The translations under genes were made by a program, and so were the position numbers. From contig NC_057719.1 in the NCBI RefSeq assembly GCF_004010195.1, forward strand, positions 43,165,789 to 43,229,788: DNA of 64,000 nucleotides, in the 5' to 3' direction. Below the pieces are notes generated by a model, which saw only the letters and a program-made list of their open reading frames with translations, was not told the DNA's origin and made no database searches. Shown here piece by piece: positions 49,714 to 62,588 of this stretch (positions are counted from its first letter, which is position 1; the number at the start of each line of letters is the position of its first letter). This stretch comes from Chiloscyllium plagiosum. Its lineage: Eukaryota.

Positions 49714-51290
49714 ACTAGAGTCATACAGCATGGAAACACACCCTTCGGTCCAGCTAGCCTATGCCAACTTAGTTTCCCCAGACTAAACTATTCCCACATG
49801 CCTGCGCTAGGCCCACATTCCTCTAAACTTTTTCTATTCGTGTATTTATTCAAATGTCTTTTTTTTTAATGTTGTAAATGTACCTGTATTTATCACTTCC
49901 CTTGCTCGTTCATTCCATGACCGAACCAGCCTCTGTGAAAATCTTGCCTGTCAAGAGGCCTTTTAATCTTTCTCCTCTCTGGTTTTGAACTCTCCCGCCC
50001 TAGTGAAAAGACTTTTTTGCTGTTTACAAAGTTAAAAATCACCCAACTTCAGCTTATGGAGTACAATCTTATACTCCACAACTAGCTGATGAAGGAGCAG
50101 TGCTCTGAAAGCTAATACTTTCAAATAAAGCTGTTGGACTATAACCTGATGTTGTGATTTTTAAACTTTGTACACCCCAGTCCAAAACCAGCACCTCCCT
50201 GTATCTTTGCTGTTTATCTTTTCTATGCCCCTTTCAACTTCATAAACTTTAATAATCTGAACTGTTCAACCTTGTATGCTCCAGTGAAGTGTCCTAGCCT
50301 ATCCAATTACCCTTAACTCAAGCCCTCCAGTCATGGCACAATCCTGGCAAATTTTTCTGGACTCACTCCCGTTTAATAATAATCTTCCAGAGTGTGACCA
50401 GAGCTGTGCGTAATACTTAAGTGGTTTCACCAATGTCCTCACCATGACATCCCAACTCCTACACTCCACGATCTAAGCAATGAAGGCAAGTGTGCTAAAT
50501 GCCTTTTTAACCACTGTCTATCTGTGACACAAATTTTAAAGAACTATGTACCTGAGCCCGTGGATCTCTGACAACACTATACAGTTAATTGTAAGGACCT
50601 GGATAAAAGTCCTGCCCTTGTTTGTTTCTCCAAAATACAATATGTTGCCTTTATCCAAGTCCAACTCCATCTGCCACTCCTTAGCCAATTGGCCCAATTG
50701 ATTAAATCTCTTTTGTAATCTTAGATAACCTCCTTCACTGTCTACTATACTACCAAATTTGGTGTCATCCTCAAGCCTGTTAACCATGCCTCCTAAGCTT
50801 TCATCCAAATAATTTATATAAATGAGAAACAATAGTGGACCTAGCACCAATTGCTGCAGAACACCAATGGTCACAGGCCTCCAGTCCAAGAAACAACCCT
50901 CCACCATCAAGCCAATTTTGTATCCAATTGGCAAGCTCTTCCTGAATCTCATGTGACCTAACTTTACTACCTAATCTACCATGTGGAACCTTTGAAAGGC
51001 TTTAATATGTAGATAACATCTACTGCTGTGCCCTCACCAACCTTTTTGGTTAAGCCCTCAAAAAAAAACTCAATCCAGTTTGATTCCCTGTGCACATACT
51101 GACTATCCCTAATCAGTCCCTGCTTCTCCAAACACATGTAAATCCGATTCTCCGGAATTCCTTCCAACAACTTGTATATAACCAATGTGACACTCACTAG
51201 CTTATAGTTCCTAGGCTTCACCTTAGTGTTTCTTAAATAAAGGCACAACATTAGCCACCTTCCAGTCCTCTGGCACCCCACCCATGGGCA
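49714..51290 (-). mobile_element. CR1 LINE RT and 3' part with nested inverted PLE terminal fragment (about 50025-50198)
   Basis: ORFs 50536-50952 and 50976-51281. The insert has CTGATGA-a-ggagc agt gctct-GAAA-gcTA (50086-50114). Confidence 0.9.
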
Positions 51291-52389
51291 CTGATAAAAA
51301 AAATCACTAATGATCTATGACATACTATCCTTTGTTACTACGTGCACACTTTCAAAATCAAAGTCAGCTTTCCTCCTAATTCATGACCTCCTTTTGGAAG
51401 TACCCCTACAATTAAATTAACATCTTCTTTGCAGGAATTTGTCAATTTAGTTAATTTACTTTTGAAAAAGCTCTGTGTTGTAGGTGACCTATTTTCGATC
51501 CAGAGTCACAAATGCCTTGCTATTACAATTGATGTCCTCAGTTAAAATCACCCAGTACTTTCACCACCAGCAAGACAGCTCGCACCTCACAACTGTTATG
51601 TATCCACCCTCTCTCTCTCTGCTTAATACATTTAGTGTAACTTTCAGTGAAAATTCCTTTGTGGTTCAAAACTCTGTTTGTAGATTCCTCCATCTTGTCA
51701 TATCCCTCCACGTTGAAAAGTTGCCTTTTCACTACTCACTATATCTTTTCCATTTCTAGTTGAGGGTATCCTGTCCCCTTCTATAATGCCGTAGAACATT
51801 TTGTAATGTACTGAGCTGAATATGGGACAGCAGCTTTGTGCCTCACCATATATGCAGTTAAATCTAGAAATCAGAAAATTGTCTGGTTACTGTGTTGCTT
51901 CAAAAGCTTCACTGCACCAGTATCTTGCATTTAAAAAAAAACATGAGGTTATGGTTCTGACCCACTAGAAAACCAGGCTGCTGTTTGAGTACTACTTGGC
52001 TATACGAGAGTGCTTTGAAGTTGGGTGAAAATGAACATAGGTGAGACCAGGGAGTAGGTGAAGCTGAAAGACTGAGTATGGTGTTCCGTTTCAGTCCGAG
52101 CAGTTCAGAAAGTGACATGGTCCCCAATGGAAGTAACCAATTGGTAAGTGATACCTGCAGGGTATTTTCTTACAGATTTTAAAACATAATATGTTCGCTT
52201 AAATAAAGGTATGGTCTTTTGATTAAAATAGAAGAGTTTGAAAAAAAGAAGGTCCCTAACTTAATTAAATTCTCTTAAAGTGGAGTAACTAGCTTAATCT
52301 AGAAAGAAGAGATGACAGGAGATCTCAGACCCATGGTGTGCTCTCTTCCAGCTGTATCATTTATTCTTAAACTGAGTGAATCCTTAGAG

Positions 52390-53327
52390 TTTAAAGTCAG
52401 TAAGAGTACACTTAAGAGGGAAATGAGGAGAGGAAAAAGGGGACATGAGATAGCTTTGGCAAATAGAGTTAAGGAGAATCCAAAGGGTTTTTACAAATAC
52501 ATTAAGGACAACAGGGTAACTAGGGAGAGAATAGGGCCCCTCAAAGATCAGCAAGGCGGCCTTTATGTGGAGCCGTAGAAGATGGGGGAGATACTAAACT
52601 AGCATTTTGCATCAGTATTTAATGTGGAAAAGGATATGGAAGATATAGAATGTAGTGAAATAGATGGTGATATCTTGAAAAAATGTCTATAGTACAAAGA
52701 AGGAAGTGCTGGATGTCTTGAAACACATAAAAGGTGGATAAATCCCCAGCACCTGATCAGGTGTACCCTAGAATTCTGTGGAAAGCTAGAGAAGTGATTT
52801 TTTTTAGATTACTTAGTGTGGAAACAGGCCCTTCGGCCCAACAAGTCCACACCGACCTGCCGAAGTGCAACCCACCCATACCCCCACATACCCCTTCACC
52901 CTAACACTATGGGCAATTTAGCACGGCCGATTCACCTAACCTGCACATCTTTGGACTGTGGGAGGAAACTGGACCACCCAGAGGAAACCCACGCAGACAC
53001 AGGAGATTGCTGGGCCTCTTGCTGAAATATTTGTATCACTAGAGGGCATTGGTTTCAGGTGAGAGGGGAAAGATGTAAAAAAGACCTAAGGGGCAGCTTT
53101 TTCATGCAGAGGGTGGTGCGTGTATGAAATGAGCTGCCAGAGGAAGTGGTAGAGGCTAGTACAATTGCAACATTTAAAAGGCATTTGGATGGGTTTATGA
53201 ATAGGAAGGGTTTGAAAGGATATGGGCCGTGTGCTGGCAGGTGCGACTAGATTGGGTTGGGATATCTAGTCGACATGGACAGGTTGTACCGAAGGGTTTG
53301 TTTCCGTGCTGTACATCTCTATGACTA
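52390..53327 (+). mobile_element. Younger internally deleted CR1 containing a partial minus-strand HE1 SINE (52806-53001)
   Basis: KENPKGFYKYIK; KSPAPDQVYPR; jumps to the 3' end at about 53040. Confidence 0.85.
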
Positions 53328-54054
53328 TTCAAAATAGCAACGGATGCTGGTGACAGTTTAAAATTTTCACTGCATTTTACTGTATTATTCACTAAAATAC
53401 AAGTGACAATAAGTCATCATCCATTCATTCATGTCATGGACAGCGCATTTAGTGAGGTGGTCACGCTGCAGATGAGGATTACATAGGCAGAAAGAGAATG
53501 GGTGACCATCAAACAAAGTAAAAGGCTCAGGAAAGAAGTGGAAGAATCTCCTGTGGCTATCCCCCTTTCCAATAGATATACCACTTTGGAGACAAGTTCA
53601 TGACACCGCAGGTGGCTCTCTGCACAGAAGGCGAGGGAAACAAGTGGCAGAGACATAGTGATAGATGATTCAATGGTAAGGAGTATGGATAGGCACTTCT
53701 GTAGCTGCAGACCTGAATCCAGGATGGTATGTTGCCTCCCTAGCACCAGGGTCGCTGAGCGGATGCAGGGCACTCTAGAGTAGAAGGGTGAACAGCCAGT
53801 GGTCTTGGTACACATAGGGAGCAACGATTAGTTAAATAACAAGAGGACCTGAAAGCTGAAAATATGAAGTTAGGAGATAAATTAAAATACAGGACCTCAA
53901 ATTTAGTAATCTCAGAATTACTCTCAGTGCCACATGCTAGCGAGAGCAGGAATAAGAGGATAAATCAAGTGAATGGATGGCTGGAAAAATGGTGTACCAG
54001 AGAGGGCTTTAGATTCTTGAGGCATTGAGGCTGTTTAAGGGGAAGGTGGGACCT

Positions 54055-54830
54055 GTCGTCATCATCATCGTCGGCAGTCCCTCACAAACAAAGATAACTC
54101 TCGTCTGGGTGAATCTGTAGCTGTACAGACCATGGTGACTACCATTGGCTCTGTTACACTTGGGCAGGTGGTGGCCATGGGGATGGGTGGATGGGACAAT
54201 GGTTTGGCAGCGCATTCGTTTTGCTGTTATTGCCTGGCTTCCATTTTTTCCTGATGGTGATGCTCCATGCCTTCCCAGATGCTGCTACTCCACTTTGGAT
54301 GGTGTTGGATCAGTGATTCCCAGGTGTCTGTGGGAATGTTGCACTTTGCCAGTGAGGCCTTGAAGGTATCACTGAAGTACTTGCTCTGTCGACCTGGTGC
54401 TCATTTGCTGTTTCAAAGCTGGTTGTAGAGCACTTGCTTGGAGAGTCTTGGTGTCTGTCATTCGGAGGACATGTCAAGCCCATCATGGCTGATAAAGGGT
54501 GGTCATTGCTTTGATGCTGGCCTGGTCGAGGACACTAGTGTTAGTGTGTCTTTCTTCCCCCAGATTTGCAGGATCTTGCATAGGCAGTGTTGGTGGTACT
54601 GCACCTGAAGAAGGGCTTATGTCCGAAACATTGATTCTCCTGCTCCTTGGATGCTGCCTGACCTGCGCTTTTCCAGCAACACATTTTTCAGCTCTGATCT
54701 CCAGCATCTGCAGTCCTCACTTTCTCCCAGTACTGCACCAGTGCCTTGAGGTGTCTGCTGCGGACAGTCCACGTCTCTCAGCTGTATAGGAAGGCCTAGG
54801 CAAACCTGATGGGTTACATATGGACAGAGC
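54055..54830 (-). mobile_element. RTE-clade LINE 3' part with nested PLE mini-element (54606-54727)
   Basis: YTAE(T)W, RLSKQVLYNQL, FSDTFKASL; (cat)n tail; mini-element TSD (tg/ca)gtactgcacc. Confidence 0.8.
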
Positions 54831-56780
54831 TGGGACAACTATCCTCATGCGATCTTTTGCTAGTTCCATTGGTGCCATTTCTGCTCCAAAGGAATGGGAA
54901 CCAAAGTGTAGGCTTAGATGGGTCAGATTCAGATCAAAGAACAAGAGGTAGAACATAGCTAGTGATGTAGTCAGTGACTCAAAGACAACAAAAAGGGATT
55001 AAAAAGCATCCAGCAAAGGAAATTGTCAGGGTTGAGCTATTTATAGTATAATGCAACCAACAAAGGCAGATAAGGTAAAGGCACAGATATAAACATGTTA
55101 GCACAATGTTGTTGCTATAACGGAAAGTGAGTTAAAGGAGGGGCAAAATTTGCAGCTCATTATCCCTGGAAATAATTTTCAGGCAAGATACAATGGGTGA
55201 CAAGGGAGGGGTCGAAACAGTATTGGTTGTATCAATGACAGTTGTGAGAAGGGATGATGTAAGGATTAACAAATGAGGTTTTATGGGTTGAGTTTAGAAA
55301 TTAAAAAGGGGCAATCACACTACTAGGAATATACTTCAGACATCCAAATAGATAGAAGAATGGAGACAAATTGTTGCCTGTAGGAATAAGAGGGCAATAA
55401 TAATTGGAGATTTTAACTATCCCAATTAAATATCAATTGGGTTGCAAATAATATGGGCATTGATGGTGAAAAATTCATATACTGTGTCCAGAAATGTTTT
55501 TGTTTAAACAATATGCGACAAGCTGAACATGAGATGCAATTCTGGATTTAGTTTTGGTGGATGGAGATGGGCAAATGGGTAAAGTGACAGTGGGCAACCA
55601 TTATCAGGGATAGTGACCACAATTCAGTTAGATTTAGTATTATTGTGGAAAAGGGTGAGGATAAATCATATGTAAAAGCTTAAACAGGGAGAAGGCAAAT
55701 TTTACAAAACTGTGATTGAAGTGATTTAGCTAAGGTGGACTGGACAGGACTGCTAAAGAATAAATTAGTGGTATACAAGGAGGGAGGCACTAAACAGTGA
55801 GGTCTTAGGGCATAAGGCAGATATGTCCCCTCCAAAAATAAGAATGGTACTGCCAAATCTAGACCCCCATAATTGTTTAGAAAAAATATAGGGAAAGATT
55901 AAACAGAAAAAGAAAGCTTATGATGGTCACAAAAAACTCAACACTGCATGGACAATAAAGGGATCAAGTGTACAAAAAAAAAGAAATTTTTAAAGAGAGA
56001 ACATAAAAAAAATTTGCAAGCAAGATAAAGGAAAACCTAAAGATGCTTTACCAGTATATAAAGAACAAACAAATAGGAAAAGAAAAAGTGGGACCCATCA
56101 TAGTTGAAGAAGGAAAGTTTTCTGAAGATGCAGAGGATATGGGAAGAATTTTCACAGAATTTTTGTCTCTGTATTCACAAAGGACACGGGTAATGTGGAT
56201 ATAGTAATCTAAGGGGACCAGAGTGAAATATTGAACACAATAATCATAACAAGAGAGGAAGTGTTAGTGGAGTTGGAATCCTTGAAAAGTGGAGATGTCA
56301 CAAAGGCTGTATGGATTGTTCCCTAGGATGTTGAAAGAGGTCAGGGAGATGCTCTGAGGATTATTTTCCAATCTTTACTAGACACAGGTGAGGTGCTGGA
56401 GGAATGCAAATACGGTTCCCTGGTTTGAAAAGGTTACAAAAGAAATGCCAAACTATTTTCGGCCAGTTAGTCTGTCTTCAGTGGTGAGCAAATTGAGAGA
56501 TCAGATAAACTGTCATATAGAAGGGCATGGACTAGTCAGCATGTCTTTGTTAAGGGAAAGTCATGCCTTACAAATGTGATTGAATTCTTTAAGGAAATAA
56601 TAAGGAGGATCAATGAGGGTAGTGCAGTGGATACTGTCAACATGGATTTAGTAAGGCATTTGACAAAAGCACCACATGGCAGACTAACCAAAAAAGTAAA
56701 AGCTATTGGCTTACAGGGTAAAGTGTTGAACTGGATCCAAAGTTGACTTAGTGACAGGAAACAAAGGGTAATGGTCAGTA

Positions 56781-57295
56781 CTGAAAACAACAATGCTGGA
56801 GATCACAGCGGGTCAGGCGGCATCCATGGACAGAAAGCAAGCTAAATGACTCTTCATTGAGCTGATGTGAAGTAAGGAGGGGGCAGCATTTATGCAATAG
56901 TTGGGGAGTGTTGGAGTGCTGATGTTGATGGTTCCGATTAAGTGATTGGAATGTGAGAATGGCAGAACAACGGTGTGTCTAACTGCCAGTCTGGAAAGAA
57001 CAAAGACCACTGGGATGGGGTTAGGGGAGAGGGAACATGTTGACAAAGAATGTAACAAGTAAAGCTAAAAGAAAGGGATGGAATAGGAGTGGGCTCACCA
57101 TTTGAAGGCATTGAACTCCATATTAAGCCCAGAAGGTTGTAAAGTGCCTGGTCTGAAGATGAGATGTTGTTCCTCCAGTTTCAGCTGTGATTCACTGAAG
57201 CATTGCAGCATGCCGAGGACAGACAATGGGCATGCTAGCAGGATGCTGTGTTAAAATAATGGGCTACGGGAAGTTCAGAATCTCGTTTGAGCGCA
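56781..57295 (-). mobile_element. PLE 3' fragment
   Basis: KLEEQHLIFRPGTLQPSGLNMEF (GIY-YIG C-terminus) plus terminal repeat. Confidence 0.85.
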
Positions 57296-58754
57296 AGTAG
57301 CTGCCTTTGTGGATGGAAAGGTGTTTCATGTGGTTAGCTGCCGGGCTTAGTATTGGGACCCCTGCTGTTTATTTTATACATAAATGATTTGGGCTTGAAA
57401 GTAGGGGCCACAATTGGGAAATTTGCAGCTGACTCAAAAAATGGCCACATTGTGGATAGTGCAGAGGATAGCTGTAAGCTCCAAAATGATATCAATAGGC
57501 TCGTGCAGTGGGCAGGACTGTGGCAGATAGAATTCAACTCTGATAAGTGTGAAGTAATGCATTTAGGGAGGTCAAACAGTAAAAGGGACTACACAATAAA
57601 TGTGATAGATGAAGTGACAAAATTGGCATACAAGTGCACAGGTCCCTAAAGGTAGATAAGGTTGTAAAGAAGGCATATGGAATGGTCCCCTTCATTGCCA
57701 GAGGTATAGAATATAAAAATACGGATATAATGATGAAACTGTTTAAGACACTGGTGAGTATTATGTGCAGTTCTGGTCACCACATTACAGGATGGATGTA
57801 ATTGTTCTGGAGAGCGTGCAGGGAGGATTTACTAGAATATTGCCAGGGCTGGAGAATTGTAGCTATGAGGAGAGATTGGAAAGATTGGGGTTTCCTTGGA
57901 ACAGAGAAGGCTGAGGGGTGCCATGATTTAGGTATACAAAATGGTGAGGGTTAGAGATAGACGAGACAGGAGGAACCTGTTTCCACTGGCAGAGAGTTCA
58001 AAAACCAGGGGTCATATATTCAAGCTTAGTGTCAGAAGGATTAGACGGGATGTGAGGAACACTTTTTTTTTACACAGTGTGGTGGGTGTCTGAAATTCAC
58101 TGCCTGAGTTGATGTTGGAGACAGAGACCCTAAATTCTTTTACAGTGTACCTTGATCTTCACCTTAAGTGCTGTAATTTGCAAAGCTGTGGGCCACCTGC
58201 AGTTTAATGGGATTAGAAAGTTAATCTGGGTGTTTTTGGGTCAGTATAGACAAGATGGGCTAAATGGCTCCCTTTGCTGCTGTATCAGTTCTGTGGTTCT
58301 ATCATACTTCAGAAAAGGTTAAGTCTTGTCCATCAAACATAAGTGATATTGTAAATCATAATAACTAAATATACTGCCTTTCTAGCTCTGGATATTCTAC
58401 GTATATAAATGCAGAGTCTAATTCTATAAGGATTTAATTATTAGGATTTTAAAAAACCTAAAAATTACAATTTTTTTAATGTTTCTTTCTTTCTCATTTC
58501 TCTCTTTATTTCATCATTCTCCGTCACTGTCTATTTTTCTCTTTTTGATTGTATGTTGAATTAAATATTCTAGTATAAACTTCTGGTTCAGACTCTGCAT
58601 TCCTCAGGATTTTTCAATCTCATTGATTGAAAGAACACAGTACTTTCTCTAATCACACAAGTCCGTTGTGAAGGATGAATCAGAGCATCACAATCTTCAT
58701 GGCTATAATTTTTTTTCAAAAGCCCACAAGAAGTCTGCAGACAGTTGTGAGCAT

Positions 58755-59290
58755 CTGTCCCCTTATTTAAGAGAAGATATTATTTCATTGGAGATAGTTC
58801 AGAGAATATTCACCAGGATGATTCATGGAATGGATGGATTGTCTTATGAGCAAAGGCTAAATAAGTTGAGACTCTCGTCTTTGGAGTTTAGAAGCATGAG
58901 AGGTGATCTCATTGAGACATATTGGATTCTTAAGGGGTTTGACAGGGTAAAAGCTGAGAGGATGTAGGACTGTCCCTTGTAGGAGAGTCTAGGACCAGAG
59001 GGCATATACTGAAAATAAAGGGGCACAAATTTAAACCTGACGTGAGGAATTTCTTCTCGTAGAAGATTATAAGTATATGAAACTCCTTGCCAGAGAATGC
59101 TGTGATAGCAGAGTCCTTCAGTACATCTAAGGCTGAGTTAGATAGATTCTTGATCAGTAGGGGGATCAAAGGTTATGGGGAAAATGCAGGAATGTGGAGA
59201 TGAGCAATGTGGGATCAGCCATGATCTTATTCAATGGTGGAGCAGGCTCAGGGATGGAATAGCCTACTCTTCTTCCTATTTCTTATGGTC
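58755..59290 (+). mobile_element. CR1 3' fragment
   Basis: SPYLREDI..LSYEQRL..MRGDLIETY. Confidence 0.9.
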
Positions 59291-60306
59291 CAATGGAAGA
59301 GACGTACTCTTGTTGCTGACTGCCAAATCCTGACAACATTGTTTCCAAAGGGCCATTTTCTGAATAAGCCTAAGATTTCAACTCTTTTTTTTTTTGCGTT
59401 AAAAGTAATCAAACGGCTAAATCTATAATCTAACATGCAATAATTTTTTCAGTTTTTCACACTTCCTTGAGTGTTTGAAAAGAAACTACTTTTGTATTCT
59501 TGCTAATAAATTATTCCTGTATAAAGACAATTTATGATATGAAAATTCCTTTTTTGTAACATTTACATTTCTATACCTTTTTAAAAACATAGTCATATTC
59601 TTTAAACTATTACTGTAATTAGCTACCAAGATGGATGAAGTTACTGAATGATCTAGAAGGCAAATACTAAAGTGACATTTCAGATTTAAGCCAGTAACAG
59701 TACTATGGGCAAAACAGTGGGTGGGTGACTGAGTGATTGAAAGTAGATGACTCATTCATCACTGACTCAAATACCAAATAAGGTTATGCACTAAATATGA
59801 GGCATGGCTGTAAATTAGTATTATAATTTTATATAATTATATATGTTTGGGATATGTTCTAAGTTACAGTATTTGTATTCCAATTTTAAAACTGTAATGC
59901 TTTTTGGGGAGAGATGCCATTTCTTTTACCAAAGCAGCTCTGAACCGTTACTAACAAGAACAAGAACACAACAGACCAGCTTGTGTCATAGAAACTGCAG
60001 CCTAGGGCTCTTGTGGAGCAATGGTAGTGCCAGTACCTCTAGATAAGAAAGCCCAGCTTTAAATCCCACCCATTCATTCAGGTCATCCCCAAACCAGCTG
60101 ATTTTAAAAGTACCTATTCTTAAAAATGAAGACCCCAGAAAAGATGGACTCAAAAAAGTCAGGATGCATTTCGTTCCATTAATGCTCTGCCAGAGGACAG
60201 GAAAATGGTTCATCCTGAGCCATTTTCTTTGGCAGTTCTTTGAGGTGGCTTATCAATGCCTTGTACTGTCAGGGGCAGGGCAAGAAGGCAGGTTCCAAGT
60301 ATTCAA

Positions 60307-60797
60307 GGATTTAGAACCAGAGTCAGAGTGTGGAGCTGGAAAAGCACAGCCAGTCAGGCAGTATCCGAGGAACAGGGGAGTCGACGTTTCGAGCATAAGG
60401 AAGAATTGATGCTTGAACCATCGACTCCCCTACTCCTTGGATGCTGTCTGACCAGCTGTGCTTTTCCAGCACCACACTTTTTGACTCTGATCTCCAGCAT
60501 CTGCAGTCGTCTGTTTCTCCTAGTATTCAAAATCACAACAGCCATTTAGACAATTGAACTAACTGGCTCGAGTCAGTAGATGAGAAGCTGGAAAAGCACA
60601 GCAGGTCAGACAGCATCCAAGGAGCAGGAAAGTCAATGTTTTGGGCCAAAACCCTTAGTCAGGACTGGGAAGGAGGAGGGAGCCCAGAAATAAGTGGAGT
60701 GGGGGGGGAGGTTTCGCTGGGGCAGGTAGGTGGGATGGTGATAGGTATGAGATTATTGTGATTGGTCAGCATCTGCAGTCCTTACTGTCTCCAAGTT
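60307..60797. mobile_element. Two adjacent PLE-derived mini-elements (60307-60521 fold-back; 60570-60797)
   Basis: TSDs agtattcaa (60298-60306, 60522-60530) and attgaacta(a/g)ctggctc (60553-60569, 60798-60814). Confidence 0.85.
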
Positions 60798-60829
60798 ATT
60801 GAACTAGCTGGCTCCCCAAGGATGCATTT

Positions 60830-62040
60830 AATTGCAAAAACAATATGTATTTGTATAGCTCATTTCACAAAATTAAGTTTAAAATTACCCCAATGTACCT
60901 CCCAGGTATAAAGCAAAATTGACACTCAAGCCACAGATATCAATATTAGAACAATTGACCTTGTCAAAAAGGTTGGCTTTGAAGAGAGTTATAAATTACT
61001 CTGGAGTGTTAGGGAGCTAAAGAGATTTTGGGAGGGAATTCTGGAGCTTAAGGCCTCAGGAGCTCAATGTTGAGAAAATTAAATAGGGGACATTCACAAC
61101 TAAATTTCGATGAGTATAGATATCTCCAAGTAGCGTAGAGGTGGAGGAGATTGCAGGATTGGGGAAAAGCAAAACTGGAGGACTGGAAAATTTTAAAATT
61201 GAGTCATTGCTTAATCAGGAGCCAAGGTAGACCAACAAACTCGGGGGTAGTGAGTGGGAGTTGAAGAATTTTTGCGGCATTGAAAGGCCATTCAGACCAT
61301 CTGTTCTAATTCCACTTTCCAGCATTTGATCTTTTATAGCCTTTCAACAGGGGTGGCATTTCAAGTATTTGGTTAAGGGTGCAACAGGCCCTGGAGCACA
61401 AGTTTTCAGTACTACTAACAGAATGTTATCAAGGCCTGTAACTTTGCAAATCCAGTGCCTCCGTCCATTTCTTGATATCATGTGGAATGAATCGAATTGG
61501 CTGAGGACTAGGATTTGTGATGATGGGACCATTGGCGGAGGTGAATTATCCATTTGACACACCTGGCTGAAGCTTGTTGCAAATGCCTCATTTATTGCGC
61601 AGATAAACTAGGATCCCCTATCTTGGAGGATGAGGACATTTGTGGAGGCTCCTGCTCCAGTAAGATGTTTAATTGTCAACCATTATTCATGACTAGATTT
61701 AGTGGGACTGCAGAGCTTAAATGTAATTCCCTGGTTATGGAATTGCTTAGCCTTGTCTATCAGTTGCTGCTTATGCTATTTGGCCACAAATAGTCCTGTT
61801 TTGTAACTTCACCAGGTTGACACCTCAGTTTTAGGTAGATCTGGTACATCTAATGACATTCCCTCCTACAATCTTCATTGAACCAGAGTTGATCTCTGAC
61901 TTGCTGATGATAGGTTGGTGGATATGCTGGCCATTAGTTTACAGATTGTGTTGGAGCACAGTTTTGCAGTTACTGCTGATTGCTCACAGCACCTCATAGA
62001 TCCCCAATCTTGAGTTGCTACATTTGTTCAAAATCTGTCT
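60830..62040 (-). mobile_element. L2-like 3' end (60830-61260) and CR1/L2-group LINE fragment (61380-62040)
   Basis: L2-type tail; KVTGLDNILLVVLKTCAP. Confidence 0.65.
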
Positions 62041-62588
62041 GCACACTGAACAAAATTTGAGTTAATAAAAAAAAGAAAGCATCCCAACGTTCATTATTAT
62101 TCTTCCACTATTTGCAGTAGGACTTGAACCCAGGTATCCGGAGCACAACATGAGTCTCTGGATTACTAGTCCAAGATTCAGTATGCTATTTATTACCTTA
62201 CTCTGCAGGCTCACCATGCTCAGCTGCAACTTCTGTACAGTTGGGGATCGCAGGAATGGTGTAGGCAAAGGGGCTTGGCACTTCTAGAGTCCTGAGAAGA
62301 GACTTCTGGGGTTCTTATCTGTGTGATTCCTCTCCTATCTAGGTGCCTCCTGGCACTACCCTGTCTCCTTGAGAGGAAGGAGCATTTGGAGTGAGGTCCA
62401 CATTCCCCACCTCATTCTCACCTTGCCTCACTGATGCTGAACATAAATGATTAAAGCATTCTGCTGGCCCGGCTTTCCCCATGACAGCTGCCAACCCGCC
62501 CATAAAGACACCAAAAGCATCTTTCAATCTAGACTACCAAGCATTTATGAGAAACTTGCCTGCTGTTCCTATGTTTATCTGTGTATGT

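Larger units (their letters stand above)
52000..58285 (+). mobile_element. Near full-length old CR1 (ORF1 esterase, APE endonuclease, RT) with nested insertions
   Basis: ESPVAIPLSNRY and SRMVCCLP (ORF1); IIIGDFNYP, ILDLV, SDHN (endonuclease); LGPLLFILYINDL, KFAADSK (RT); CR1 tail near 58280. Confidence 0.85.
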
